From NCBI GenBank assembly GCA_964418585.1, contig CAYQMG010000089.1, positions 95,185 through 159,184 of the forward strand: 64,000 nucleotides of DNA. Direction: 5' to 3'. Position numbers and translations under genes: made by a program. Origin of the DNA: an uncultured Gammaproteobacteria bacterium (GTDB lineage Bacteria; Myxococcota_A; UBA796; JAJRTE01). Below are positions 52,875 through 63,217 of this stretch, in pieces (position 1 is the first letter of the stretch; each line of letters opens with the position of its first letter). Under the pieces are notes generated by a model, which was not told the origin of the DNA, ran no database searches, and saw nothing but the letters and a program-made list of their open reading frames with translations.

Positions 52875-53247
52875 CCCACTTCGAACGGATCCTTCCCCTG
52901 CCGTTTCCTCCCGCGGCAGCGCCCCCGCCCCGCGCCCGCCGGTTCCGAGGGTGAGAAACCCTGCTCACCAGGCGTCATCCACACCAAACCCAACTCCTCT
53001 GCCATGAACCGCTGCGCCTGGTGTCCCGCGCTTCGCGCAAACTCCGCCTCTCGGCGGCAGGCCCACGGCCTACGCCGCCGAAAAAGGATCACGCCTGGCT
53101 CGAGCACGAGGATCGTTGACGGAGGTGCGGAAGTCGGCTACGCTGCAACCCTTCCATGGACCGGCGGAGCCGGGGAATTGGTTCCGGCCGCCGGTATTGT
53201 TGGCAGTCGTGCGGACAGAGGGCCGACAGCAGCGAGGCGGGCATATC

Positions 53248-54540
53248 ATGAGCAGATCCAAGGTGGCGATTCTGAAGACTTCTCCCCGAACGGTGCTTCG
53301 AGACTATCACGAACTCATGAATCTGGCCGGCTACCAGGAGGTGGTGGACCGGACCGTGGACACGGCACTCAAGGTCAACATTTCGTGGCATTTCTTCTTC
53401 CCCGGGTCCTCGACGGTGCCCTGGCAGCTCGACGGAGTGATCCGCGCAATGCTCGCCGACGGGTACAGCAGTGATCTGATTCATGCCTGCCACAATCGGA
53501 CCGTGGTGATCGATGCGCACCTTGGGGAGCGGGAGAATAAGCAACTGGATGTGGTGGAAGCGCATGGTTTGCGGAACATCCATCTGTACGAGGGGGAGGA
53601 GTGGATCGACATCCGGGACGCCGTGGGCGACCTGGTTCGGAAGTTTTTGTGTCTCAACCAGGTATATCCGAAGGGGTTTTCCATACCGCGGCGTTTTCTC
53701 GGCGAGAACATCATCCATCTGCCCACGGTCAAGACGCACGTGTTTACGACCACGACCGGCGCGATGAAGAACGCATTTGGGGGGCTTCTCAACGAGCACC
53801 GGCACTGGACGCACCCGGTGATCCACGAGACACTCGTGGACCTGCTGATGATCCAGAAGCAGATTCATCGGGGGGTGTTTGCGGTGATGGACGGGACCTT
53901 TGCCGGAGACGGGCCTGGTCCGCGGTGCATGATTCCGCACACCAAGAACGTGATTCTGGCGTCCTCGGATCAGGTGGCGATCGATGCCGTGGCCGCGCGT
54001 TTGATGGGGTTCGACCCGCTCAAAGATCTGAAGTACATACGGTTGGCTCACGACCTGGAGTTGGGGTGTGGTGACGTGCGGGAGATCGAGCTTGTGGGGG
54101 ATGTAGCCGCGGCCGAGGAGAACTGGCATTTCGAGGGTCCGTATCGGCACATGACCTTTGCCGCCCGCAACCAGCATCGTATCTACTGGGGGCTGCTGAA
54201 GAAGCCCGTGGAATGGTCGCTCAAGACCTGGTTGGCCCCCTGGGCCTATGTGGCGTCTGTGATCTATCACGACATGTTTTGGTACCCGGTTCATGCCCCG
54301 GAACGGATTGCCCAGGTGATGGACAGTGAGTGGGGGCGTCTGTTTGCGAATTGGGGAAAGGTCCCTGTGGACGAGCAAGGGTTCCTGGAAGTGGGGGAAG
54401 CGGGCGTGGAGGTGAAGCGCGCCGGGCTTGAGCAGTTCAAGGAGGGCCTCCGGTTGCTCGGCATGGCGGTGGTGGAGTCGCCCGAGTTCCTTTCGCATCG
54501 CCGGAGGCACGGCCACCCGCGGGGTCATGGAGGCGAGTAG
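53248..54540 (+). CDS. DUF362 domain-containing protein
   Basis: Track ORF 53116..54540 trimmed to ATG 53248 (MSRSKVAILKT...); layout recalled as DUF362-like; family assignment from memory only. Confidence 0.5.
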   Translation: MSRSKVAILKTSPRTVLRDYHELMNLAGYQEVVDRTVDTALKVNISWHFFFPGSSTVPWQLDGVIRAMLADGYSSDLIHACHNRTVVIDAHLGERENKQLDVVEAHGLRNIHLYEGEEWIDIRDAVGDLVRKFLCLNQVYPKGFSIPRRFLGENIIHLPTVKTHVFTTTTGAMKNAFGGLLNEHRHWTHPVIHETLVDLLMIQKQIHRGVFAVMDGTFAGDGPGPRCMIPHTKNVILASSDQVAIDAVAARLMGFDPLKDLKYIRLAHDLELGCGDVREIELVGDVAAAEENWHFEGPYRHMTFAARNQHRIYWGLLKKPVEWSLKTWLAPWAYVASVIYHDMFWYPVHAPERIAQVMDSEWGRLFANWGKVPVDEQGFLEVGEAGVEVKRAGLEQFKEGLRLLGMAVVESPEFLSHRRRHGHPRGHGGE

Positions 54541-54599
54541 GGAAGGGTCCGGGCCGGCGGTTCCGGCCCCGGGGGCGAATTTCCCGGGAGGAGGTGACC

Positions 54600-56756
54600 A
54601 TGAGACCATTCGCATTCAGGCGCTCCGGGCGCTCGAGCGTGCCGGCATTCGAGGTCGGGTGGGGATTGTGTGCCTTCTGGATGGCCTGCCTGATGGCGGG
54701 TGTGGTGGAGGTCTTCGCCGCGGCCGTGCCGCCGGGGTCGGAGGCTCCCGAGGAAGGTAAGGAGGTCGTCATGAGCGAGGCAGCTTCCCGGGCCATCGAA
54801 GCGTTGGTTCAACGCCATGGCGAATCTCAACGGTCGGTGATCGAGCGGGGGGTTCATCAGGTTCTCACCTTCTGGAGGCAGGAGGACGGGGGTGCGGACG
54901 TGCTCGAGGCGTTCGTGGTGCGGAACTATGCCGGCAGTCCCGCCGTTCGGGACGCCCTGTTCGAGCGGTTCGAATTCGCCCTTGAGCAGCTTGATGGACA
55001 TCTTCTGGAGATCTCCCGGGCGTTTCGCAGGCAGTCGGACCTGGACCTGGGACCGCTCCTGCCGCTGGACGAGATGATGGCGGGATACGATCCCGGAGCG
55101 CACGTGAGCGACGATTTCTTTGCGAACAAGATTGCCTTTGTGGCGCTCCTCAATTTTCCACTGACCACCCTGGAGGTCCGGCTGGAAGAGGGACCGGCCT
55201 GGGATCGTCGGACCTGGGCAGAAGTCCGCCTTGCCCAGCGGTTTTCCCGGCGGGTGCCTGCCGAGGTGGCCCAGGCCGCCGGGCGTGCCGAGGCGGCCAC
55301 GGAACAGTACATTGCCGGATACAATATCTGGATGCATCACCTGGTGGACCAGGAGGGGCGTCGCCTGTTTCGGCCGGGGCTGCGCCTGATCTCTCACTGG
55401 AACCTTCGCGACGAACTCAAGGCCGCCTACAGCGACCCGGACGGGTTGGAGCGACAGCGCATGATCCAGGTCGTGATGGACCGTATCGTGCGCCAGACGA
55501 TTCCCCGGGTGGTGATCGACAACCCGTTCGTGGACTGGAATCCGTACACGAACGAGGTCTGGGCGAGCGATGTGCGGGATCACGATCGGGCTGAGCCGGA
55601 TTCCCTGGCGATTTCGGGGGAGCGGGAGCCGGATACGCGGTATGCCATGATCCTCGAGCGGTTTCATGCCGCACGTCTCGAGGATCCCTATTCCCCGCTC
55701 AATCCCACGCTGCTCGACCGGAAGTTCAACGAGGAGCGCGAGATACCGGAAACCCGTGTGGTCGAACTTCTCGAGGCGGTCCTGACTTCACCTCAGGCGG
55801 TGGAGGTGGCTCGACTCATTCGTGATCGGCTCGGCCGGCCTCTGGAGCCGTTCGACGTCTGGTACAGCGGATTTCGTCCTCGAGGCACGCATACCGAGGA
55901 GGCGTTGGATCGACTGGTGAAGGCGCGCTATCCCGGGCGTGAGGCATTCCAGGCGGATTTGCCGAACCTTTTGGTCGCCATCGGTTTTTCGTCGGATCAG
56001 GCTGCCTATCTGGCGGAGAACATTGTGGTGGATCCTTCTCGAGGCGCGGGTCATGCGATGGGCGCAGCGTGGCGGGGGGATCGAGTGCACCTGCGCACGC
56101 GGATCGGGCCGGACGGAATGAACTACAAGGGGTTCAACGTGGCCGTGCACGAACTGGGGCACAACGTGGAGCAGGTCTACTCCCTCAAGAAGGTGGATCA
56201 CGTGTTGCTGAGCGGTGTCCCGAACTCGGCGTGCACCGAGGCCATCGCGTTCCTGTTTCAGGCCCGGGACCTCGAGTTGCTCGGACTCGCCCGTCCGGAC
56301 ATGCGGGCCCGTGCGTTCGAGGTGCTGGATGACTTCTGGCAGACCTACGAGATAGCGGGCGTGGCCATGGTGGACATTGGCGTGTGGCGTTGGATGTACG
56401 CGCATCCCGATGCGACCCCGGGTGAGCTTCGGGAGGCCACCATCGGAATCGCAAAGGAAGTGTGGAATCGCTACTATGCACCGGCGTTTCATATTGAGGA
56501 CGTGGCGCTTCTTGCCATCTATTCTCACATCGTGGATGCCATGCTCTACACGCCGGACTACCCCATCGGGCACCTCATCGCGTTCCAGCTTCGGGAACAC
56601 ATCGAGAAAAGTGGGCACGTGGGGGAAGAGGTTGAGCGGATTGCCCGTATCGGGCGCCTGACGCCGGACCTGTGGATGATTGAAGCCACCGGGCAGCCCA
56701 TCAGCGCCCAGCCCCTGCTTGAAGCCACGTCTCGAGCCGTCGCCGAGTTGAGATGA
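54600..56756 (+). CDS. Secreted zinc metallopeptidase (HEXXH zincin)
   Basis: Track ORF 54594 (GTG); ATG 54600 preceded by GGGAGGAGG; signal peptide; HEXXH motif VAVHELGHNVE; family not assigned. Confidence 0.55.
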   Translation: MRPFAFRRSGRSSVPAFEVGWGLCAFWMACLMAGVVEVFAAAVPPGSEAPEEGKEVVMSEAASRAIEALVQRHGESQRSVIERGVHQVLTFWRQEDGGADVLEAFVVRNYAGSPAVRDALFERFEFALEQLDGHLLEISRAFRRQSDLDLGPLLPLDEMMAGYDPGAHVSDDFFANKIAFVALLNFPLTTLEVRLEEGPAWDRRTWAEVRLAQRFSRRVPAEVAQAAGRAEAATEQYIAGYNIWMHHLVDQEGRRLFRPGLRLISHWNLRDELKAAYSDPDGLERQRMIQVVMDRIVRQTIPRVVIDNPFVDWNPYTNEVWASDVRDHDRAEPDSLAISGEREPDTRYAMILERFHAARLEDPYSPLNPTLLDRKFNEEREIPETRVVELLEAVLTSPQAVEVARLIRDRLGRPLEPFDVWYSGFRPRGTHTEEALDRLVKARYPGREAFQADLPNLLVAIGFSSDQAAYLAENIVVDPSRGAGHAMGAAWRGDRVHLRTRIGPDGMNYKGFNVAVHELGHNVEQVYSLKKVDHVLLSGVPNSACTEAIAFLFQARDLELLGLARPDMRARAFEVLDDFWQTYEIAGVAMVDIGVWRWMYAHPDATPGELREATIGIAKEVWNRYYAPAFHIEDVALLAIYSHIVDAMLYTPDYPIGHLIAFQLREHIEKSGHVGEEVERIARIGRLTPDLWMIEATGQPISAQPLLEATSRAVAELR

Positions 56757-56956
56757 CCTCCTGGAACGCACCTGCCGAGCAAGACCGCGTCGGGTCCCCG
56801 CCTGCTCGACGTTGAGCGAAGTCGTTGAAACCTTTTCGTTCTTGTCCCGTTGGTATCTCCGCGGGCATCCGTGCGAGGGTTGGCTTGCACCCCCTTGCGG
56901 GAGTGGTATAATGACCACTGTCGATGCGATGGCTTCTGCACTGGAGGCGGAGAGCG

Positions 56957-57907
56957 ATGAGCGCGTGGAAAGCGAGGAAAGCGGACAGGGCGGCCGGGTG
57001 GGTCATGGCGGCCGTGGTGTGGCTGGTCGCGTCGTGGAGCAGTGCCGGGTGCCTGCAGCAGGAGGACCTCTCCGCGGACGTGCTGACCTCTTTCGAGGAG
57101 CCGAGCCCGGGCACGGCCGGGGCTTCCGGGGCGGCCGAGCATGTGACCGTGGCGCACCACCCCATGCCGGCCGGAGCAGCCGCCAATGCCGCCATCGAGG
57201 GGGTGGAGCCTGGCGCGTCCGGGAATGCGGAGGAGGCGAAGAAGGCAGAAGAGGGGGAGGGGGCGGAGGCGCAGGAGGCGGGGACCGGCTCGGCGGAGAA
57301 CATGGCCGGGGCGGAAGCGGGAGCCGATGCGTCGGGTGAAGGGGGGTCTGTGGCCGCCGCCGAGGCAGGGGCCAGCGAACCGGCGGTGGGGGTCCCCGAG
57401 TTTCACCCGCACCGGGAGATGCCGCCGGGCTATGGAAGCAGCCTGCCGCCGGACCCTCATCCCGAGGAAGTGCCGCCGCCGGCCGCCGAGGAAGCCCCCC
57501 CGGGCGCCGGTGCTCCGGGGGAACCCGAGAAGGTGAAGCCAGCGGTGTTGACGCCTTTTGAGCGCGATTTTGCCGGCCAGAAGTTCATCACCGTGAGTGG
57601 CACGATTCAGTACGAAGGAGAGCGGACCGCCACGGTGGACATCGACTGCTTCGTGACCGACACCTCGACCCGGGCGGGGCGCAAGCTCGTCAACAAGGTG
57701 AAGGTGGAAGGTCCGGGTCCCTACACCATGAAGGTCCCTGCCGACTACGGCGAATTGCACGTCACCGCGTTCATGGATCTGGAGAACGACGGGCCTGACA
57801 GCAAGGATCCACAGGGCAGCTACGAGCACAACCCCCTCGTCATCAAGGACGAGGATATCGAGAATGTGGACATCGTGCTCAAGCGTCGCACGGGCGCCGG
57901 GCAATGA
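56957..57907 (+). CDS. Lipoprotein with low-complexity Ala/Glu/Gly-rich linker and C-terminal beta-rich domain
   Basis: Track ORF 56924..57907 trimmed to ATG 56957 (GGAGG RBS); lipobox SSAGC; stop overlaps start of next gene. Confidence 0.45.
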   Translation: MSAWKARKADRAAGWVMAAVVWLVASWSSAGCLQQEDLSADVLTSFEEPSPGTAGASGAAEHVTVAHHPMPAGAAANAAIEGVEPGASGNAEEAKKAEEGEGAEAQEAGTGSAENMAGAEAGADASGEGGSVAAAEAGASEPAVGVPEFHPHREMPPGYGSSLPPDPHPEEVPPPAAEEAPPGAGAPGEPEKVKPAVLTPFERDFAGQKFITVSGTIQYEGERTATVDIDCFVTDTSTRAGRKLVNKVKVEGPGPYTMKVPADYGELHVTAFMDLENDGPDSKDPQGSYEHNPLVIKDEDIENVDIVLKRRTGAGQ

Positions 57908-59727
57908 CGGTGGGAGAAGTAGGCGTCGGCCCCTCGTCGGCAGGCCGTCTGGCCCGTGTCCGTTCCGTACTCCGCAAACCCGGACCCCTGGTCCTGCTCT
58001 ACACTTTCTACCTGTTCCTGGCCACCGGCTGCTTCCTCCCGGCGTTGGATCGGATCGGGACCGGCCTGATCGGCAAGCCCGGCAGTGATGTACTCCGGAA
58101 CGTCTGGGGCTTCTGGTGGTTCAAGGCCATGCTGCTGGAACGCTTCCGGTTCCCCGCATTCACCACCTACCTGAACTTCCCACGCGGCATGACCATCCTG
58201 GTCATCGACCCGCTCAACTGTTTCCTCAGCATTCCTCTCCAGGTCGTCTTCGGGCTGCCCACGGCCTACAACCTTTTCCTCATCGCGGTGGTGGCGTTCA
58301 ACGCTTTTGCTGCATTCCTGTTCGCGCGCCATGTGTCTGGATCCGCCCCGGCAGGAATCGTTGCCGGGGCCATCTACGGGTTTGCCCCTTATGTGCTTTC
58401 CGGCACCATCGCAGGGAACTCGGAGGTGGTGAACGTCGGCTGGATTCCACTGTTCTTCCTCTTCTTTCATCGCGCGTTGACCCGCGCAAGGCCTCGAGAC
58501 GGGTGGCTGGCCGGGCTCTTCCTGGTCTGCACCACAGCCACAAGCTGGTACTACGGATACATCGCAAGCGTGTTTTCCGCCCTGTACCTGGTGGGCTTCC
58601 TCGTGATTCGGGGCGTGCGGCGGCAGCCTGTTGGGCCGTCCATCCGGGTGCTCGCACGGGGTGTCCTCCTGTTCGCGATCTTCAGCCTGGTCATGTTTCT
58701 TCTCTATCGCGACATCCTGCCCAGTGTGCACCGGAGCACCGTTCAGGCGGAATACGATCGCATGACCACCCTGGCGGGGAACGCTGTGAACCTGTGGGAA
58801 GTCTGGCAACCGGCGCCGGACCGGTGGGATCGCCCCTCGTTGTACCATCTGCCCGTCATGGTCCTGGTGGCCTGGTTGCCGGCCCTGGCCCTTGGGTTCA
58901 GACGCGCCTGGTCCTGGGCTCTTCTCGGCGTTGTCGCCCTGATCCTGGCCATGTCGGTCAAGGTCCAGACCTATCCACCCGAGTGGCAAAAGGAGATGTG
59001 GCAGGTATTCGAGATCCTTACGTCCGTCAGTGCGGCGGCGTACCATCTGTTCCTGAAGCTGCCGCTCAGCGGTATGCTGAGGTTCCCGGCCCGATTCATC
59101 GTCATCACCAACTTGATGGTGTCGGTGGTGGTCGCCTGTGGTCTCGCCCGCCTGTTCGTGGCCAGGAAGAAGGTCGTTCCGGTCTGGATCGCCCTGGCGC
59201 TGGTGGGTTCCTGGTGGCTCACCCGGCGCTCGCTCACCATCTCGCGGTTTCACGAAATGTTTGCCATGACGGAGACGGCCTGTCCCGACTATGTGAAGGC
59301 GATCGCTGAGGACCCGGACTGGGTGGGAGTGGCCAACCTGCCCACGAACCTTCAGGGGGGAATGCAGCTCTACTATCAGACGGTCCACGAGAAACCGGTG
59401 ATCAACTATGTGGATTTCGTCACGTCCCGGCTCTACTTCATCAACGAGCACCAGATCCCGCTGTCCCTGTCGGACGGGTTGTACAGCATGCACCTGCGCG
59501 GGTTCGATCGGGCCACCGGGCGCTATCCGGACAAGGTGCCGGACTGGCCCACCCGGGAGAAGCTGGCGCAGGAGATGGCGCTCTGGAAGCGTTTTGGGCT
59601 GCGGTACATCGTGGTGGAGCGGACCTTGTTCAAGGAGGAGAGCTTGTCGGAGTTCGAGTCCCTGTTTTCGCCGTTCGTGGAAGCAGTGATACGGACGGAC
59701 ACCGTGGATCTCTATCGGCTTCGTTGA
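57904..59727 (+). CDS. Polytopic membrane protein, paralog A (possible GT-C-type glycosyltransferase)
   Basis: 607 aa; ATG overlaps upstream stop (ATGA); multiple TM helices; first loop motif GSDVLRNVWGFWWFK; hydrophilic C-terminal domain. Confidence 0.5.
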   Translation: MTVGEVGVGPSSAGRLARVRSVLRKPGPLVLLYTFYLFLATGCFLPALDRIGTGLIGKPGSDVLRNVWGFWWFKAMLLERFRFPAFTTYLNFPRGMTILVIDPLNCFLSIPLQVVFGLPTAYNLFLIAVVAFNAFAAFLFARHVSGSAPAGIVAGAIYGFAPYVLSGTIAGNSEVVNVGWIPLFFLFFHRALTRARPRDGWLAGLFLVCTTATSWYYGYIASVFSALYLVGFLVIRGVRRQPVGPSIRVLARGVLLFAIFSLVMFLLYRDILPSVHRSTVQAEYDRMTTLAGNAVNLWEVWQPAPDRWDRPSLYHLPVMVLVAWLPALALGFRRAWSWALLGVVALILAMSVKVQTYPPEWQKEMWQVFEILTSVSAAAYHLFLKLPLSGMLRFPARFIVITNLMVSVVVACGLARLFVARKKVVPVWIALALVGSWWLTRRSLTISRFHEMFAMTETACPDYVKAIAEDPDWVGVANLPTNLQGGMQLYYQTVHEKPVINYVDFVTSRLYFINEHQIPLSLSDGLYSMHLRGFDRATGRYPDKVPDWPTREKLAQEMALWKRFGLRYIVVERTLFKEESLSEFESLFSPFVEAVIRTDTVDLYRLR

Positions 59728-59807
59728 CCGTGTGGGAGTCGGGGGGGCGAACGGTCTCCCGGAGCCTGGAGTCCATCCGCTTGCGGGCGTCGTGCGGTGA
59801 GGGTGCC

Positions 59808-61847
59808 ATGTTGTCGTGGGGAGACGCAAATCGACGGAAGCGGCTGCGAGTGGGACTGGTCCTGGCCGGTCTCTATGGCCTGCTGGGGTGTGCTGCCCTC
59901 TATCCGGTCCCTTTGGATCCTACCGACCGGATCGTGGGCGGCGGCGAGTTGGGCGGTTGGCTTTGGCGCTACTGGTTCATGAAGCTCGAGCTGGCTGCGC
60001 TTTGGGCCGAGACGTGGAAACATCCGGTGACGTTTCTGCTCCAGGTGATCTCGTTGGGGAGGTTTCCGGAAACCGGGAACATAGCGGATTTGTACCTGAT
60101 TTCGCTTCCTCTCGAAGCCCTGTTCGGCCATCCAGCCTATTACAACATCAAGTGCCTGCTGATCCTGGTGGCCAACGGTCTGGCCGGGTATGCGTTGGCC
60201 CGCCACTTCACCCCGTCGCGAACTCTGGGGTTTCTTGGCGGAACGGTGGCGGCGTTCAACAGTTTCGTGTTTCTCGAACTCTACCAGTCCGGGCTTCGGC
60301 AGGCCATTCTCTGGTGGCTGCTTCTCTCGGTGCTCTTTCTGGAACGTGTGCTCGAGAAGGGAGAAACCCGGGACGGGGTTCTGGCCGGGGTGTTTTTCGG
60401 CATGACCGCGGCGTTCTACTGGTTTTACGGGCTGTTCCTGGCCATGTTTTCGGTCGTCCGCGGGCTGACGGCTGTTCCCGGGTTGGTCCAGTCGGAGCGG
60501 AGGCGGCGCGTCTTGGCATCCGCAGCGATCCTGATTCTGGTCGGACTCGCCATCGCCTATGTCTTTGCTTACCCTTACATCTACATCAAAACCGACCACA
60601 CCGGTGCGTTGCCCGAGGTTCAGTGGTTCGCCCCGTTCCCTCCACTGGACAGGTTGCTTGATGCCCCGATGACGCCCCACACGTTGGAGGAAAACCTGCT
60701 CGCCTCTCTCGCCCGGGTGCTCGTCAGTTCCTGGACCCTCGATTATCTCTGGAATCCCCTGCATCCGCGGAATGTGCCCATCATGCTTGGTCTGCTGGCC
60801 CTTGGGCTGGGTCTCGTCAGGATCCGCAAGGAGTGGTTCTGGCTCGCAGTCACCCTCTTCTTCTGGCTTCACACCGGGGGGCCTTACCTTCAGACCGCCT
60901 TGCATGGAGGAGAGCGGACCTACTTCATGCTGGGGGATGAGCCGCTCAAGTTGCCCTACTACTACACGTTTCAGGTCGTGCCGTTGATGAGCCGTCTGTT
61001 CGCGCCCTACCGATCGGCGGCCATGGTCTGGATCGGGCTCGCCGTGCTCCTGGTTCGCAACCTCGAGGCGCTTCGAGTCCGGTTTTCGAGCCATGAGCGG
61101 GCCGTGGCCCTGGTGCTTGGGGCCCTGGTTCCGGTCTACCTGGGTCAGTACTTCCTGGATGGTGCCATCGTGGCGTGGCTGGAACCGGATGAGCAGGGCT
61201 TGTCGGGGCGCGGTCTGCCTGTGGACAGCAGTATCATGCGGGTTCATCCTTTCTATCATGCCCTGGCCCGGGAGCCGGGAAGGATCGGGATCATTGAGGT
61301 CCCTGTTCGCGAGCAGCAGGACCTGGTCAACTACTACCAGGTGATCCACCAGAAAAAGCTTTTTCGCGGATGGGCACTCCCGGGGGCGCTGCCGCCGGTG
61401 CTTCGGTACAAGCACCGGTCGACCCTCCCCGAAACCAGGCGCCTGATGTGGATCGTGGAGCCGGATACCCCGGCCCCCAACTCGTTCGCGGACGCCCTGG
61501 AACGGATGAATCAGCCTCCTTACGTGCTGCGTGACTACACCGTTTCGGACCGGGACGAGCTGGGTCGAAGGGGGTTCAAGTACCTGATCCTGCACGAACG
61601 AGGGTGCTACGTGCTCCTGCCTTCCAGGGGAACCGCGCTCTACGAGACGTTGAAACGACGACTGGCAAAGCACCTGGGCGAGCACAAGGAGTTCGTGGAA
61701 CTGGTCGCCCCGGACGATCCCGAGTTCGGTCAGATCGATGCCGGCGTGCTCGGTGAGTGGGCGTCCAGTGCACTGCCCGGCGGGGGTCCTCGCCCCACCC
61801 GGTTCCGGATGACCGTGTTTCGAATGCCCGGATATCAGGGACCGTGA
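59808..61847 (+). CDS. Polytopic membrane protein, paralog B (possible GT-C-type glycosyltransferase)
   Basis: Track ORF 59724 (TTG overlapping upstream stop) or ATG 59808 (MLSWGD...); same architecture as paralog A (GGELGGWLWRYWFMK loop motif). Confidence 0.5.
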   Translation: MLSWGDANRRKRLRVGLVLAGLYGLLGCAALYPVPLDPTDRIVGGGELGGWLWRYWFMKLELAALWAETWKHPVTFLLQVISLGRFPETGNIADLYLISLPLEALFGHPAYYNIKCLLILVANGLAGYALARHFTPSRTLGFLGGTVAAFNSFVFLELYQSGLRQAILWWLLLSVLFLERVLEKGETRDGVLAGVFFGMTAAFYWFYGLFLAMFSVVRGLTAVPGLVQSERRRRVLASAAILILVGLAIAYVFAYPYIYIKTDHTGALPEVQWFAPFPPLDRLLDAPMTPHTLEENLLASLARVLVSSWTLDYLWNPLHPRNVPIMLGLLALGLGLVRIRKEWFWLAVTLFFWLHTGGPYLQTALHGGERTYFMLGDEPLKLPYYYTFQVVPLMSRLFAPYRSAAMVWIGLAVLLVRNLEALRVRFSSHERAVALVLGALVPVYLGQYFLDGAIVAWLEPDEQGLSGRGLPVDSSIMRVHPFYHALAREPGRIGIIEVPVREQQDLVNYYQVIHQKKLFRGWALPGALPPVLRYKHRSTLPETRRLMWIVEPDTPAPNSFADALERMNQPPYVLRDYTVSDRDELGRRGFKYLILHERGCYVLLPSRGTALYETLKRRLAKHLGEHKEFVELVAPDDPEFGQIDAGVLGEWASSALPGGGPRPTRFRMTVFRMPGYQGP

Positions 61848-61866
61848 GCGGGGTGGCTCCGGTGAT

Positions 61867-62457
61867 TTACGCCCGGGTGCGGTGGGGGATTTGCTGAAGG
61901 ATCGCCTCGAGCACGGTCTCGGGACGGTCGCCGACGATCAGTCGTGCCAGGTTGTGCGCCTTGATGAATCCCTGTGATACCCCGTGGTGGAGGAACTCGA
62001 GCAACGGGTCGTAGAAACCCCGTACATTCAGCAGGGCCACGGGGCGTCGGTGCAGCCCGAGTTGGCGCCAGGTGAGGGCCTCGAACAATTCCTCGAGGGT
62101 CCCGAGTCCGCCTGGGAGGGCCAGAAAGGCGTCCGACCGGGCGGCCATGAGGGCCTTTCTCGCATGCATGTCCTCGACCTGGTGCAGCCGTGTCAACTCC
62201 GTCTCGAACACCTGACCGGGAAACAGGCCTCGAGGCACCACGCCCTCGACCTGTCCTCCGGAAGCCAGGCAGGCCCGGGCCACGCTCCCCATCATGCCCG
62301 TGGAACCCCCGCCGTAAACCAGGCCCACCCCTCGCCGGGCCAGGTGCATACCCACGAGGCGCGCGGCCTCGAGGTATTCCGGAAGCACCCCTTCGTGGGT
62401 CCCGCAATAGACGCAGATACGAATCCCGCTCGAACCGGTGGAGGTGACCTGTGCCAT
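61867..62457 (-). CDS. LOG family protein (cytokinin riboside 5'-monophosphate phosphoribohydrolase-like, TIGR00730)
   Basis: 196 aa; GGGSTGMMG and PGGLGTLEE motifs characteristic of the LOG/YvdD family. Confidence 0.85.
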   Translation of the reverse strand: MAQVTSTGSSGIRICVYCGTHEGVLPEYLEAARLVGMHLARRGVGLVYGGGSTGMMGSVARACLASGGQVEGVVPRGLFPGQVFETELTRLHQVEDMHARKALMAARSDAFLALPGGLGTLEELFEALTWRQLGLHRRPVALLNVRGFYDPLLEFLHHGVSQGFIKAHNLARLIVGDRPETVLEAILQQIPHRTRA

Positions 62458-62489
62458 GATCTTGCCTCGAGTTGAGATCGCAACCTCGA

Positions 62490-63140
62490 TCAGGGGAGCA
62501 ATCGGGGGCCGGATTCGTTGCTCGCGCCAGGAATTACGATACCGGCGGACATGATCAGCTTGACCCCATCCTCCACACTCATGTCCAGCACCCTCACGTC
62601 GGTCCGGGGAACCATGACAAAGTAACCGGAAGTGGGGTTTGGCGATGTGGGAAGAAATACCGAGATCAGCCCCTCGGTCACGGATTGGCCCTCCGAAGTG
62701 AGGACGGTGGGTTCGTCACGGGTCAGAAACCCGACCGTGAACATCTCCCGCCGGGGATACTCCACCAGCACCACCTTCTTGAACGACGACGCACTGCTGC
62801 TCACCGTGATGGCGTTCACGATCTGCTTGGAGGAAGTGTAGATACTCTTCACCAGGGGCACCCGGGCGAACAGGCTTTCGAAATACCGCAAAATCGATTT
62901 GCCCACGATGTTCTTGGTCAGCAGTCCAATCCCGATGACGGCCGCGACGGTGACGATGAAGCCGAGCCCCCAGATCTTGCGGTCGATGACGGAATAGATG
63001 AAGCCTCCCAAGAGTCCGTCGACCATCTTGAACAGGAAGACCAGGATCCAGACCGTGACAATGATGGGAAGTAGAACGATGAGGCCGGCCGCAAAGGCGT
63101 TCCGCAGTTCCACCAGCAGGCGTTTCTTGTCGATTGGCAT
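62490..63140 (-). CDS. DUF502 domain-containing membrane protein
   Basis: 216 aa; two N-terminal TM helices and conserved ...GYFVMVPR... segment as recalled for DUF502. Confidence 0.7.
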   Translation of the reverse strand: MPIDKKRLLVELRNAFAAGLIVLLPIIVTVWILVFLFKMVDGLLGGFIYSVIDRKIWGLGFIVTVAAVIGIGLLTKNIVGKSILRYFESLFARVPLVKSIYTSSKQIVNAITVSSSASSFKKVVLVEYPRREMFTVGFLTRDEPTVLTSEGQSVTEGLISVFLPTSPNPTSGYFVMVPRTDVRVLDMSVEDGVKLIMSAGIVIPGASNESGPRLLP

Positions 63141-63217
63141 GAGAAATCCTCAGAATCGGATCACGACAACAACTAGGGACAACAACTGGAAGCAACAAAT
63201 CTGTCCTTGATTGGGCG

